Part shown: one piece after another, positions 18,574 through 28,133 of the stretch
How positions within the stretch are numbered: the first letter of the stretch is position 1
Layout of the letters: every line of letters starts with the position of its first letter
Source: Sneathiellales bacterium
Lineage (GTDB): Bacteria > Pseudomonadota > Alphaproteobacteria > JANQFL01
NCBI GenBank assembly: GCA_028277845.1
Contig: JANQFL010000040.1
Coordinates: forward strand, 1 to 64,000
Reading direction: 5' to 3'
Length of the DNA: 64,000 nt
The notes under the pieces: model-generated
Told to the model about the DNA's origin: nothing
The model's database searches: none
Seen by the model: only the letters and a program-made list of their open reading frames with translations
Program-made: the position numbers and the translations under genes

Positions 18574-20868
18574 ATGTCGGAGACCACGACCAGAAAACCG
18601 CTGTCGCTCGACGACCTGCTGGCCGCCAATAAGGACCAGTTCGATCAGCTGTTCTCCCGGCAGATGACCCAGAAACCGCCGCCGGTAGTGCCGGTCAGGG
18701 AAGCGGTGCCCGAGCCCGCCGCCGTGACCGAGCCGTCCGAACCTGCGCCGGCGGAACCGGATGAAGCCGATCACGGCGTCGGCAACGTCAACGCCCACCT
18801 CAACCGGCTCTTCAGCATCGACTGGTCGTCCGAAGTTCTCGAACGCGCCATCGCCGACGACCGCGTGACCGTGCGCTGCCGGCTGACCGTCAGGGACGAG
18901 ACCATTGAAGTAGAAGGCTCGGCGCCCAATCGCGGCGATGCCGACGCGGCCCTGCAACGCGCGGTCGACGATGCGCTGCTGCGCGGCGCCGCGCGTGTGC
19001 TCGGCGAGGAACCGCCCGCCCGGCCCAAGAAGCCCTCGGAGCGCTGGAAGGAACGCGACGCGCCACCGCCGCCGGTGCGCCGTGTCGTCGACGAGCAAGA
19101 GCGGGCCGGCCTCGACATCGTCACCCTGGATCTGATCGAGAACGCGCTGCGCAACGCCCGCCACGAAATGGATGCGGTCTTGTTCCGGTCCGCCATGTCG
19201 CCGGTGATCCGCGAGCAGCACGACGAATTCCCCATGATCACCGATGCCGAGGGGCGTATGATCGTCGGCCAGTTCGGCTCGTACATCTCGGAAATGCTGC
19301 GCCAGCGGGACTTCGACCTGCGGCCGGGCGACGTCATTTTGCAGAGCGATCCCTACAAGTGCGGCGGCGCCATCAGCCACATCAACGACTGGATGGTGCT
19401 GGTGCCGGTGTTTCACCGCGGCGACCTGGTCGGTTTTACCTCCATGTTCGGCCACATGATGGACGTGGGCGGGCCGGTGCCCGGCAGCATGCCGACGGCG
19501 GCGACGTCGATCTTCGGCGAGGGCATGCGCATCCCGCCGATCAAGATCTACGAGGCCGGCCAGCTCAACCAGGGCGCTCTCGACCTGCTCATGAACAACA
19601 CCCGCACGCCGGAGATGAACTACTCCGATCTGATGGCGATCATCGCCGGCTGCAAGGCCGGCGAGAAGCGGGTGATCGAAATCTGCGAACGTTTCGGCGC
19701 GGCTTTGTACCGCCAGGCCTGCGCGGCCCTGCTCGAGCGCACCAACACCGCCATGCGCCAGCTCATCGTCCAGAACCTGCCCGAGGAACCGCAATCCTTC
19801 GAGGATTTCGTCGACGACGACGGCTGCGGCAACGGCCCGTTCGTCATGAAGCTGACCGTGTGGCGCGAAGGCGATCATGCCTATTTCGACTGGACCGGTA
19901 CCTCGGCCCAGGCGCCGGGGCCGGTCAACTTCTACCTGCACGAAGGCATGTTCAAGATGTTCATCGGCGTCTACATGATCATGGTCTTCGATCCCCAGAT
20001 CCTGTTCAACGACGGCTTCTACGACCTGATCCACGTCAACATGCCGAAGGGTTCGTTGATCCATCCGGAGTTTCCCGCCGCACTGGGCTGCCGCACCCAT
20101 GCGCTGGCCCGGCAATTCGACGTACTGGGCGGCGCGCTCGGCCGTCACACGCCGGAAACGGCGACCGCCGCCGGCTACGGCTCCAGCCCCTATTTCCTGT
20201 TTTCCGGCACCGACGAGGCCGGCCGGCCGTTTCAGTTGATGGAAATCCTCTACGGCGGCATTCCCGGCCGGCCCATCGGCGACGGCATGGACGGCCATTC
20301 CTGGTGGCCGCTGTTCGAGAACATTCCGACCGAGTACCTGGAAAGCTTCTATCCCATGGTGATCGAAAGCTATGCCAGCCTGGCCGATACCGGCGGCGCC
20401 GGCAAACACCGCGGCGGCAATGGGATCGAGAAGGTCTACCGGCTGCTGGAGGACGGTATGGTGTCGATCCACGACGACCGCCACCGCACCCAGCCATGGG
20501 GCATTCTCGGCGGCCAGCCCGGCGCCTGTTCGCGGAAATGGCTGCAACGCCGGGACGGCGAGCGCGAAGAGCTGCCTTCGAAGATCGACGGTATCCGGGT
20601 GCGCAAGGGTGATCGCATCGTTTTCCGCACCGCCGGCGGCGGCGGATGGGGCGACCCGTTGGAACGGGATGCCGGCCGCGTACGCAACGATGTCGCCCGG
20701 CGGCTGATGTCGATCGAGAAAGCGCGCGACGACTACGGCGTCGTGCTGATGGCCGATGGCCTGCAACTCGATGTTCGCGCCACGCGCGATTTACGCGCTA
20801 ATATGAAACACAGCAGAAGACCGCTGGAGTTGTTCGAGTACGGTGACCGGCCGGCTACGGCCACGTGA
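18574..20868 (+). CDS. hyuB: Hydantoinase/oxoprolinase family B subunit (HyuB-like) with a roughly 170-aa N-terminal extension
   Basis: Hydantoinase_B core begins near residue 175 (DIVTLDLIENALRNARHEMDAVLF...). ATG 2 nt after the hyuA stop. Extension has GC3-rich coding signal, Pro/Glu-rich. Confidence 0.8.
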   Translation: MSETTTRKPLSLDDLLAANKDQFDQLFSRQMTQKPPPVVPVREAVPEPAAVTEPSEPAPAEPDEADHGVGNVNAHLNRLFSIDWSSEVLERAIADDRVTVRCRLTVRDETIEVEGSAPNRGDADAALQRAVDDALLRGAARVLGEEPPARPKKPSERWKERDAPPPPVRRVVDEQERAGLDIVTLDLIENALRNARHEMDAVLFRSAMSPVIREQHDEFPMITDAEGRMIVGQFGSYISEMLRQRDFDLRPGDVILQSDPYKCGGAISHINDWMVLVPVFHRGDLVGFTSMFGHMMDVGGPVPGSMPTAATSIFGEGMRIPPIKIYEAGQLNQGALDLLMNNTRTPEMNYSDLMAIIAGCKAGEKRVIEICERFGAALYRQACAALLERTNTAMRQLIVQNLPEEPQSFEDFVDDDGCGNGPFVMKLTVWREGDHAYFDWTGTSAQAPGPVNFYLHEGMFKMFIGVYMIMVFDPQILFNDGFYDLIHVNMPKGSLIHPEFPAALGCRTHALARQFDVLGGALGRHTPETATAAGYGSSPYFLFSGTDEAGRPFQLMEILYGGIPGRPIGDGMDGHSWWPLFENIPTEYLESFYPMVIESYASLADTGGAGKHRGGNGIEKVYRLLEDGMVSIHDDRHRTQPWGILGGQPGACSRKWLQRRDGEREELPSKIDGIRVRKGDRIVFRTAGGGGWGDPLERDAGRVRNDVARRLMSIEKARDDYGVVLMADGLQLDVRATRDLRANMKHSRRPLELFEYGDRPATAT

Positions 20869-20945
20869 TGAGTGAAGACCAAGATCCCTGAACGTTCGGG
20901 ATCGTCAGAAACAGGGACGAACGACACAACACGGGTGTTTGGACA

Positions 20946-23762
20946 ATGTTGGAAATCTGGATCGGTGCGATATTCACGGCGATCGTCGTTATCGCCATTT
21001 TCTACATCATCTCAATCTGGGTGTACAAAAGGGCGCCCGCCAACATGGGATTTATCCGAACAGGTTTCCTCGGCACCAAGGTCTGTCTGGGCCGCGGCGC
21101 CATGGTGCTGCCCGTCTTCCACGAAGTCACCTGGATATCGCTTGAGACCATCAAGCTGATTGTCAGCCGCTCGCGCGAACAGGCCATCCTGACGTCCGAC
21201 AAGATCCGCATCGACGTGAACGCGGAGCTCTATTCCCACGTCGGCCGCACGGAAGACGACCTGCTCACCGCCAGCCGCAGCCTGGGTGAAAAGACGTTCG
21301 ACGCCGAGAACGTGCGCAAGCTGCTGGAAGCCAAGGTGGTCAGCGCGCTGCGCAGTTATGCCGCGACCAAGACGCTGAACGAACTGCACGAAAACCGCGA
21401 CGACTTCGCCCAGGTGGTCAAGGACAAGGTCATCGCCAGTTTCCAGGCCAACGGCCTGGTTCTGGAAGAAGTCACCATCGTGTCCCTCGAGCAGACCGGC
21501 AAGGAGTTCTTCAAGGCCGACAACGTGTTTGACGCCGAAGGTCTGAAGATCATCACCGAGATTACCTCCGACGCCCGCCGCAAGGTGCACGACACCGAGA
21601 AGCGCACCACCGTCGCCATCCGCCAGAAGGATCTGGATACGCAGCTCGAACTGCTGGAAATCGAACGCAAGGAAGCCTTCGCCCAGGCGTCGCAGGATAA
21701 GGACGTGGCCAACCAGCAGGCCCTGCAATTGGGCGAGAAGCAGATGTACATGCTCGATCAACGCAAGGCCGTTGAGGAGCGCGAACTGGCCAACGAGGTG
21801 GAACTGGAGCGCTTGCGCACGGAACGCGAGGTCGCCAAGACCGAGGAAAACAAAAAGCGCGAATCGTCCGACATCGAGCGGCAACTCGCCTTGGAGAAGG
21901 AGCAGCGCGACAAGGACATCGCCCTGATCGCCAAGGCCGAGGAAGAGGAACTGGCCAACATCCACCGTAATCTGGCGCTGGAGAAAGCCGAACGGGACCG
22001 CCACATCGAACTGATCGAAAAGGCCAAGCAGGAGGAACTGGCCGAAATCGCCCGCAACCTGGCCCGCGAGCAGGCCGAGAAGGACCGGGAAATCGAACTG
22101 ACCGAGAAGGAACGGGAACGGCAGAAGGCCGAAATCGCCCGCGCCACCGAAGTGTTGAAGGCCGAGGAAGCGGCCCGCGACGCCCGTCACGAAGCTTCGG
22201 AGGAAACCTCTCTGGCCATGCGTCAGCGTGCCCTGGACACCAAGCTGAAGGCGTTGGAGATCGACAAGAACGAAGCCTTCGCCGAGGTTCAGCAGGAAAA
22301 GGACGTGTCCGACGAGAAGGCGCGCATCCTCAGCGAACAGCAGCGCAACATCCTCGATCGCCGCTTGGAGGTCGAGCAGGAGGAAATCGCCAAGGAGCAG
22401 GCCGTCGAGCAGGCGCGCATCAAGAAGGACGCAGCGGTGATCGACGAGGCCAAGTCCCGCGAAGCGGCCGAAGTACGCCGTCAATTGGCGCGCGAGCAGG
22501 AGGAACGCGACCGCGAAATCGCCCTCGTGGCCAAGGCCGAGGAATTGGAGCGGGCCGAGATCCGCCGTCAATTGGCCCGCGAACAGGAAGAGCGGGACCG
22601 TGACATCGCCCTGGTCGCCAAGGAAGAGGAACTGCGCCAGGCCGAGGTGCGCCAGCAACTGACCATCGAATTGGAGGAAAAGGAGCGCGAAATCCGCATC
22701 ATCGCCAAGGAACAGGAGCGGGAAAAAGCGGACATCATGCGGTTCCTGTCCCGGGAGCTGGAGGAGCGCAACCGGGAAATCTCCCTGGTCAACAAGACCC
22801 GTGAACTGGAAGAGGTCGAAACCAAGCGGCTCAAGGTGACCGCCGACAAGGAAAAGGCCGAACACATGGCCGAGTCGGTGCGCAAGGTGGCCGATGCCGA
22901 GCGCGAGAAGGAAATCGAGCGCATCGCCGCCGAGAAGGCCGCCGAGGCCAAGCGTATCGAGGAAGAGGCCCAGGCCGCCATCGCCAGCATGCACATGGTC
23001 AGCCAGGCCGAGGCGCGCAAACAGTCGGCGGCCGAGGAATCCGACGCCACGCTGATCCGGGCCAAGGCCATGAGCGAGGCGCAGAAGATTTCCGCCGAGG
23101 GGATCGAGAAGGAAGCCGCCGCGCGCGGGCGGGCGGAAGCTGAGGTCGAGGCGCTCAGGGTCGAGAACACCCAGCGCATGCTGGAGGCCGAAGCCACCGG
23201 ACTGGAAGCCAAGGCCGACGCTCTCAAGAAGTACAACGAGGCGGCCACGTTCCTCGAGCTGTCGAAACTGCACATCGAAGCCGAACGCGACGTCCACATC
23301 GACCAGGCCAAGGCCATGGGCAACGCGTTGTCCGGTGCCCAGATCCGCATGTACGGCGGCGGCGACGGCACCGTCGACACCATCCGCGACATGTTCACCT
23401 CGGGCTTCTCGCTCGGCGAGGTGCTGGAAGGCGTGGCGCAATCCCTGCCGGAGGGCCTGCGCAGCCGTTTCGCCGCCAACGGTATCCGCGGCATCTTCGG
23501 CAAGCCCTATCGCAGCGGTCAGTTCAAGGAGATGACCGAGCAGTTGAGCCAATTGGTGCGCGACAATCTCGGCACCAGGAAGAAGCGCGAAGTGTCGTTC
23601 GCCAAGGCGCTCGCCTTGCTGGAAGACAAGTCCGGCGGCAACGAGGCCCAGACCCAGGCATTGAACCTGTTGAAGGACGCCAACGAGAACGGCGTCTTCG
23701 ACGAGGTGCCGTTCGAAACCGTCTGGTCGCTGCTGCAGGCCACCGCCAAGGCGGCCGACTGA
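20946..23762 (+). CDS. Flotillin-like SPFH/band-7 protein with a very long repeat-rich coiled-coil (938 aa)
   Basis: N-terminal TM helix plus SPFH domain, then at least 9 tandem 29-residue units of type AEIRRQLAREQEERDRDIALVAKEEELRQ. Flotillin-type C-terminus. Confidence 0.7.
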   Translation: MLEIWIGAIFTAIVVIAIFYIISIWVYKRAPANMGFIRTGFLGTKVCLGRGAMVLPVFHEVTWISLETIKLIVSRSREQAILTSDKIRIDVNAELYSHVGRTEDDLLTASRSLGEKTFDAENVRKLLEAKVVSALRSYAATKTLNELHENRDDFAQVVKDKVIASFQANGLVLEEVTIVSLEQTGKEFFKADNVFDAEGLKIITEITSDARRKVHDTEKRTTVAIRQKDLDTQLELLEIERKEAFAQASQDKDVANQQALQLGEKQMYMLDQRKAVEERELANEVELERLRTEREVAKTEENKKRESSDIERQLALEKEQRDKDIALIAKAEEEELANIHRNLALEKAERDRHIELIEKAKQEELAEIARNLAREQAEKDREIELTEKERERQKAEIARATEVLKAEEAARDARHEASEETSLAMRQRALDTKLKALEIDKNEAFAEVQQEKDVSDEKARILSEQQRNILDRRLEVEQEEIAKEQAVEQARIKKDAAVIDEAKSREAAEVRRQLAREQEERDREIALVAKAEELERAEIRRQLAREQEERDRDIALVAKEEELRQAEVRQQLTIELEEKEREIRIIAKEQEREKADIMRFLSRELEERNREISLVNKTRELEEVETKRLKVTADKEKAEHMAESVRKVADAEREKEIERIAAEKAAEAKRIEEEAQAAIASMHMVSQAEARKQSAAEESDATLIRAKAMSEAQKISAEGIEKEAAARGRAEAEVEALRVENTQRMLEAEATGLEAKADALKKYNEAATFLELSKLHIEAERDVHIDQAKAMGNALSGAQIRMYGGGDGTVDTIRDMFTSGFSLGEVLEGVAQSLPEGLRSRFAANGIRGIFGKPYRSGQFKEMTEQLSQLVRDNLGTRKKREVSFAKALALLEDKSGGNEAQTQALNLLKDANENGVFDEVPFETVWSLLQATAKAAD
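22467..22640 (+). repeat. Near-identical tandem 87-bp (29-codon) repeat pair inside the flotillin-like gene
   Basis: gccgaagtacgccgtcaattggcgcgcgagcaggaggaacgcgaccgcgaaatcgccctcgtggccaaggccgaggaattggagcgg is followed directly by a copy with few substitutions. Older diverged copies lie on both sides. Confidence 0.75.
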
Positions 23763-23800
23763 GCGGTCGGCGGCATGGCCGGGCGTAACGGGTAACGGAC

Positions 23801-24907
23801 ATGGCCGACTACGACGTCGTTCTGGACCACGTCCATAAGACCTATCCGGGCGGCGTCCGCGCGGTGATCGATTTCAACGCCGAAATCGAACGCGGCGAAT
23901 TCGTCGCCATGCTGGGCCCCTCCGGTTGCGGCAAGACGACCACGTTGCGCATGATCGGTGGCCTTGAGGAAGTCACCGAGGGCAAGATCTACATTGCCGG
24001 CCAGGACGTCACCGATCTGCCGCCGTCGCAGCGCGATACCTCGATGATGTTTCAGAGCTTCGCTCTGTTTCCCCACCGCAACGTGTTCCAGAACGTCGAA
24101 TTCAGCCTCAAGATGAAAGGCATCGACAAGGACGAGCGGGCGCGCCAGGTCTGGGAAATGGTCGAAATGGTGGGCTTGAAGGAACTGGCCATGCGCCGGC
24201 CGCACGATCTCAGCGGCGGCCAGCAGCAGCGCGTCGCCCTGGCGCGGGCTTTGATCAGCCGGCCGACCCTGCTGTTGCTTGACGAACCGCTGGGCGCGTT
24301 GGACTACAGCCTGCGCCAGGCCATGATGATCGAACTCAAGCGCATTCAGCGCGAACTGGGCATCACCTTCATCATGGTCACCCACTCGCAGCAGGAAGCC
24401 ATGGCCATGGCCGACAAGGTGGTGGTGATGAGCGATGCCCTGGTGCAGCAGATCGGCCCGTCACGGGAGATCGCCGAATCGCCGCGCACCCGCTTCGTCG
24501 CCGATTTCATCGGCAACAACAACCTGTTCACCGGCACCATCAAATCGCAAAGCGGCTCGATCGTCTTCGTCGAGGCCAAGGACAGGCTCTACTACGTGCG
24601 CGTGCCCGATTACATCAAGCGCGTGCCGGTCGGCGGGGAGGTGGATTTCTCCGTCCGCGCCGATCTCATGCATACCGGCGAACACCGCAACATGGCCAAC
24701 AGCGTCAAGGGCAGTTACGTCACGACCGAATATCTCGGCACCCTGGAAACCGATGTGTTCGAGATCGCGCCCGGCCATTACGTGCATGTCGAGCAGCACC
24801 GCAAACTGTCCGACCGGGTCTACCAGATGGGCGAGACGGAAACCATCTGCTGGAGCGCCGAGGCCGGCATCCTGCTCGAAAAGGCCGGCGCCCACCTGAC
24901 GCAATAA
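23801..24907 (+). CDS. ABC transporter ATP-binding protein, PotA/spermidine-putrescine type (with C-terminal TOBE-like region)
   Basis: Walker A GPSGCGKTT, LSGGQQQRVALARAL, 368 aa. Convergent with its presumed permease genes. Confidence 0.8.
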   Translation: MADYDVVLDHVHKTYPGGVRAVIDFNAEIERGEFVAMLGPSGCGKTTTLRMIGGLEEVTEGKIYIAGQDVTDLPPSQRDTSMMFQSFALFPHRNVFQNVEFSLKMKGIDKDERARQVWEMVEMVGLKELAMRRPHDLSGGQQQRVALARALISRPTLLLLDEPLGALDYSLRQAMMIELKRIQRELGITFIMVTHSQQEAMAMADKVVVMSDALVQQIGPSREIAESPRTRFVADFIGNNNLFTGTIKSQSGSIVFVEAKDRLYYVRVPDYIKRVPVGGEVDFSVRADLMHTGEHRNMANSVKGSYVTTEYLGTLETDVFEIAPGHYVHVEQHRKLSDRVYQMGETETICWSAEAGILLEKAGAHLTQ

Positions 24908-24916
24908 TCCGCTCCG

Positions 24917-25744
24917 TCAGTGCGAGCGGCGGTACAGGATGGTGTAGATCGCCAGGAACAGCCCGATCATGAACAGCGAGAACAGGGTGGAGATGGTCCC
25001 CAACGCGAACAGGGTCGGCCGGATGCGCTGGGTCATCGAGGCGTTGATGTCGAGCGGCAAGGTGTTGAACTCGCCCGACAGCAGTGTCGTGCGGGCAAAC
25101 TCGTCGTAGGAGAGCGTGAAACCGAACAGGCCGGCGGCGACGATGCCCGGCGTGATCAAGGGCAGCGTCACTTCCTTGAACACCGTCCATTCGTCGGCGC
25201 CCATGTCGCGGGCCGCCTCCTCCAGACTGGCGTCGAACCGGTTGAACACCGCCATCATCACCAGGAAGCCGAACGGCAGAGCCCAGACCACATGCACGGC
25301 AAGCGCCGAGGTGTACCAGGACGGCGACAGGCCGAGCTGGCGCATCAGCGTCGCCAGGCCCAGGCTGAGCAGGACGCCCGGCACCATCAGGCCGGCCAGG
25401 ATGGTGTAGAACAAGGCGTTGGAAAAACGGAACTTGTGGCGGAACGCCATCGCCAGCATGGTCGAAAACAGCGCCGTGATGACCATGACGATGAGGGCCA
25501 GAACGATGGAGCGGCCCATGGCGCCCTGCAGGTCGCCGACCGTCGACGGCTCCAGCAGTTTGTTCCACCAGTACAAACTCCAACCGCGCATCGGAAAGCT
25601 CGTGCCGCCGCGCCGGCCCTGGAACGACAGGATGAACATGGCGATCATCGGGCCGTAGATGAACAACAGGAACAGCACGTAGTAGATGCTGAACCCGGTC
25701 TTCACCCGCAGCTTGCGCCATCGTTCCGGGGTCCATCGCGCCAT
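24917..25744 (-). CDS. ABC transporter permease (PotC-like)
   Basis: 275 aa, 6 TM, binding-protein-dependent transport EAA-loop region. Confidence 0.8.
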   Translation of the reverse strand: MARWTPERWRKLRVKTGFSIYYVLFLLFIYGPMIAMFILSFQGRRGGTSFPMRGWSLYWWNKLLEPSTVGDLQGAMGRSIVLALIVMVITALFSTMLAMAFRHKFRFSNALFYTILAGLMVPGVLLSLGLATLMRQLGLSPSWYTSALAVHVVWALPFGFLVMMAVFNRFDASLEEAARDMGADEWTVFKEVTLPLITPGIVAAGLFGFTLSYDEFARTTLLSGEFNTLPLDINASMTQRIRPTLFALGTISTLFSLFMIGLFLAIYTILYRRSH

Positions 25745-25745
25745 C

Positions 25746-26726
25746 TCACAGTTCCTTGCGGATATCGACGATACGCAAAATGACGATGATGCCGATCACC
25801 ATGGCCACCATCAGCATGAGCGCGTTGACCGCGGCAAACGGATAATTGGCGATGCCGTAATAGTTGAGGATGACGGTGCCCGTCGTGCTGGTCTTGCCGC
25901 CGTAGACGACGACCGCGGTGGCAAACTCGCCCATGATCATGACGAAGATGAAGATCATGCCGATGGCGACACCGGGCAACGACAGCGGACCGATGATCTC
26001 GCGAAAGATCTGGAACGGCGTCGCCCCCATATCGATGGCGGCTTCGATGATGGCCTTGTCGATCTTGGCCAGCGAGAAAAAGATCGGCCCGATGCACAAC
26101 ACCACGTAGATCTGCACCAGCGCCATGGTGTAGCCGAATTCCGAATAGAACAGGAAGCTGACCGGCTTGTCGACGATCCCCATGCCGACCAGGGCCTGAT
26201 TGATCAGGCCGCGGCGGCCCAGCATGGGCAGCCAGGCCACCGCCCGGATCAGGTAGCTGGTCCAGAACGGCACCATGCACAGAAGGAACAGCGCCAGTTG
26301 CCACTTGAAGGCCTGCACCTGCATGGCCAGGAAATAGGCGATGGGATAGCCGACGATCAGGCACAACAGCATGACGACGAGCGTGAAGTAGATCGTCGAA
26401 CCCAATGTGCGGATAAAGATGCTGGGCAGCAGAAAGCGATCCGAACCCGGCTCGAAGAAGCCTTCGGTGAAGAAGTATTCGAAGTAGGACTTGAACGACA
26501 GTTCGGGAATCATGCCGTGCGGCGTCGATTTCCAGAAACTGAAGACGATGATCGAGACCAGCGGGACGACCAGGAACACGATCAGCCACAAAGTCGCGGG
26601 GGCAATCAGCCAGCCGGGGGAAAACCCTTCCTGAGGCCGCACCACCTTCGCCCGCACGACCGACTCGTCCGGCGTGGGCTGGCTGCCGATCAATCCTGGA
26701 TGATGGGTGCCGGTGACTTCAGTCAT
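25746..26726 (-). CDS. ABC transporter permease (PotB-like)
   Basis: 326 aa, multi-TM. 1-nt gap to the downstream permease. Confidence 0.8.
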   Translation of the reverse strand: MTEVTGTHHPGLIGSQPTPDESVVRAKVVRPQEGFSPGWLIAPATLWLIVFLVVPLVSIIVFSFWKSTPHGMIPELSFKSYFEYFFTEGFFEPGSDRFLLPSIFIRTLGSTIYFTLVVMLLCLIVGYPIAYFLAMQVQAFKWQLALFLLCMVPFWTSYLIRAVAWLPMLGRRGLINQALVGMGIVDKPVSFLFYSEFGYTMALVQIYVVLCIGPIFFSLAKIDKAIIEAAIDMGATPFQIFREIIGPLSLPGVAIGMIFIFVMIMGEFATAVVVYGGKTSTTGTVILNYYGIANYPFAAVNALMLMVAMVIGIIVILRIVDIRKEL

Positions 26727-26858
26727 GAAACGACGGACCTGCCATGTCCTGCGGCATGCAATACATCAACAACCGGGGCATCAACAATCGGGCCGGTACG
26801 GCAAACATCGTACCGGCCCGTGTTGCGTACGCGGTCCCCGAACACGAGACCACGAAAA

Positions 26859-28133
26859 CTACGCGCTGAGGAACTCGGTCCAGCGCTTCACCAGATAGTC
26901 GTTTTCCTTCATGATCGAGTTCCACACGGCGATCTTCTTGAAGCGTTTCTCGTAGGAACCGCCGTCGCGGACCGTGCCTTTCTCGACCAACGGATTGCCG
27001 AACGGGTCGGGCAGTTCCTTGGCAGCCGGCTTGCCCTCGTACCAGTAGTCCCACTCGTCCTGCGGCAGGTGCTTCTTCACTGGCTCGAACGCCGACATGT
27101 AGTAGCCCTGGCGGGCGACGAAGGCACCGGCCCAGCCGTCGAGCCACCAGTTGAGGTACTCGTAAGCCTGGTCGAGCTTCTTGCCCGTGGCCTTGGCCGA
27201 GATGGCCTTGGCACCGTGCCAACCGCGCATGCCTTCCTTGGGCGACGCATAGATGCACCGGACGCCTTCGGCGTTGACGGCGGTGACGGCCGGCGACCAC
27301 ATGCTTTGCAGAATGACTTCGCCCGACACCATCAGGTTGACCGACTGGCCGAAGGTTTCCCAGAAGGCGCGGAAATGGCCTTCCTTTTTCTTCTTGATCA
27401 GGAAGTCGACCAGGAAGTCGATTTCCTCTCTCGTCATGTCGCCCTTGTCGCCGAACTTCTTCAGGCCGAGCGCTTCGACACCCATGGCGGCATCCATGGC
27501 GCCGATCTGCGGCACGTTCAACAATGCGACGGCGCCCTTGAAGTCGGGATGGAACAGTTCGGCCCAGCTTTCGATATCCCGGCCGGTGTCGTCGGGTGCA
27601 TAGCCCAGGCTATCGGCGTTGTGGATGGTCGGCAGCGCCGAGATATAGCGTGACGGACCCTTGATCCGCTTGCCGTCCTTATCGACCCACATCTGGCGCA
27701 CCGGCGCGTCGCCGTCGCCGATCTGAGAACCTTCCGTCAGCATGCCGGTCTTGGTCAAATTGGAAACCAGATCCCAGTTTTTGATGCGCTGGGTGTCGAT
27801 GGGCTGGAACACGCCGGCCGGTACCATGGCATCGAACATGTCGAAGTAGCATTCGGACACTTCGTACTGGTCGTTCTGGTTCAGGGTCTTGCCGAACAAG
27901 GCACCATATCCGAGCGCCTGGCCACGGATCGGGATGCCCGTATCCTTCGACGCCTGCGCCTGGATTTCGTTGATGATGCTCACGCCCAGACCGATGGTCC
28001 GGATCGGATCGGCGGCACGCACGATGTTTGGGAAGCCGACGATCGAACCGGCGGCGATCGCACCGGCTCCGCCTACGAATTGCCGGCGCGAGATGTCTTT
28101 AATGAGCGACTTGCTTTTCTTCTTCTTGGCCAT
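26859..28133 (-). CDS. ABC transporter periplasmic substrate-binding protein (family 1, PotD/PotF-like) with Tat signal
   Basis: N-terminus MAKKKKSKSLIKDISRRQFVGGAGAIAAG (twin-arginine motif). 424 aa. Confidence 0.75.
   Translation of the reverse strand: MAKKKKSKSLIKDISRRQFVGGAGAIAAGSIVGFPNIVRAADPIRTIGLGVSIINEIQAQASKDTGIPIRGQALGYGALFGKTLNQNDQYEVSECYFDMFDAMVPAGVFQPIDTQRIKNWDLVSNLTKTGMLTEGSQIGDGDAPVRQMWVDKDGKRIKGPSRYISALPTIHNADSLGYAPDDTGRDIESWAELFHPDFKGAVALLNVPQIGAMDAAMGVEALGLKKFGDKGDMTREEIDFLVDFLIKKKKEGHFRAFWETFGQSVNLMVSGEVILQSMWSPAVTAVNAEGVRCIYASPKEGMRGWHGAKAISAKATGKKLDQAYEYLNWWLDGWAGAFVARQGYYMSAFEPVKKHLPQDEWDYWYEGKPAAKELPDPFGNPLVEKGTVRDGGSYEKRFKKIAVWNSIMKENDYLVKRWTEFLSA

Noticed and set aside
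18517-20766. 749-aa minus-strand ORF
   Set aside because: Antisense to hyuB-1. A high-GC artefact.
21012-23552. 846-aa minus-strand ORF
   Set aside because: Antisense of the flotillin-like gene. The repeats on the sense strand create equally repetitive stop-free antisense frames. No domain signal.
25686-27653. 655-aa plus-strand ORF across the PotB-like/binding-protein region
   Set aside because: Antisense to two well-supported minus-strand transporter genes. His/Asp/Arg-rich nonsense.
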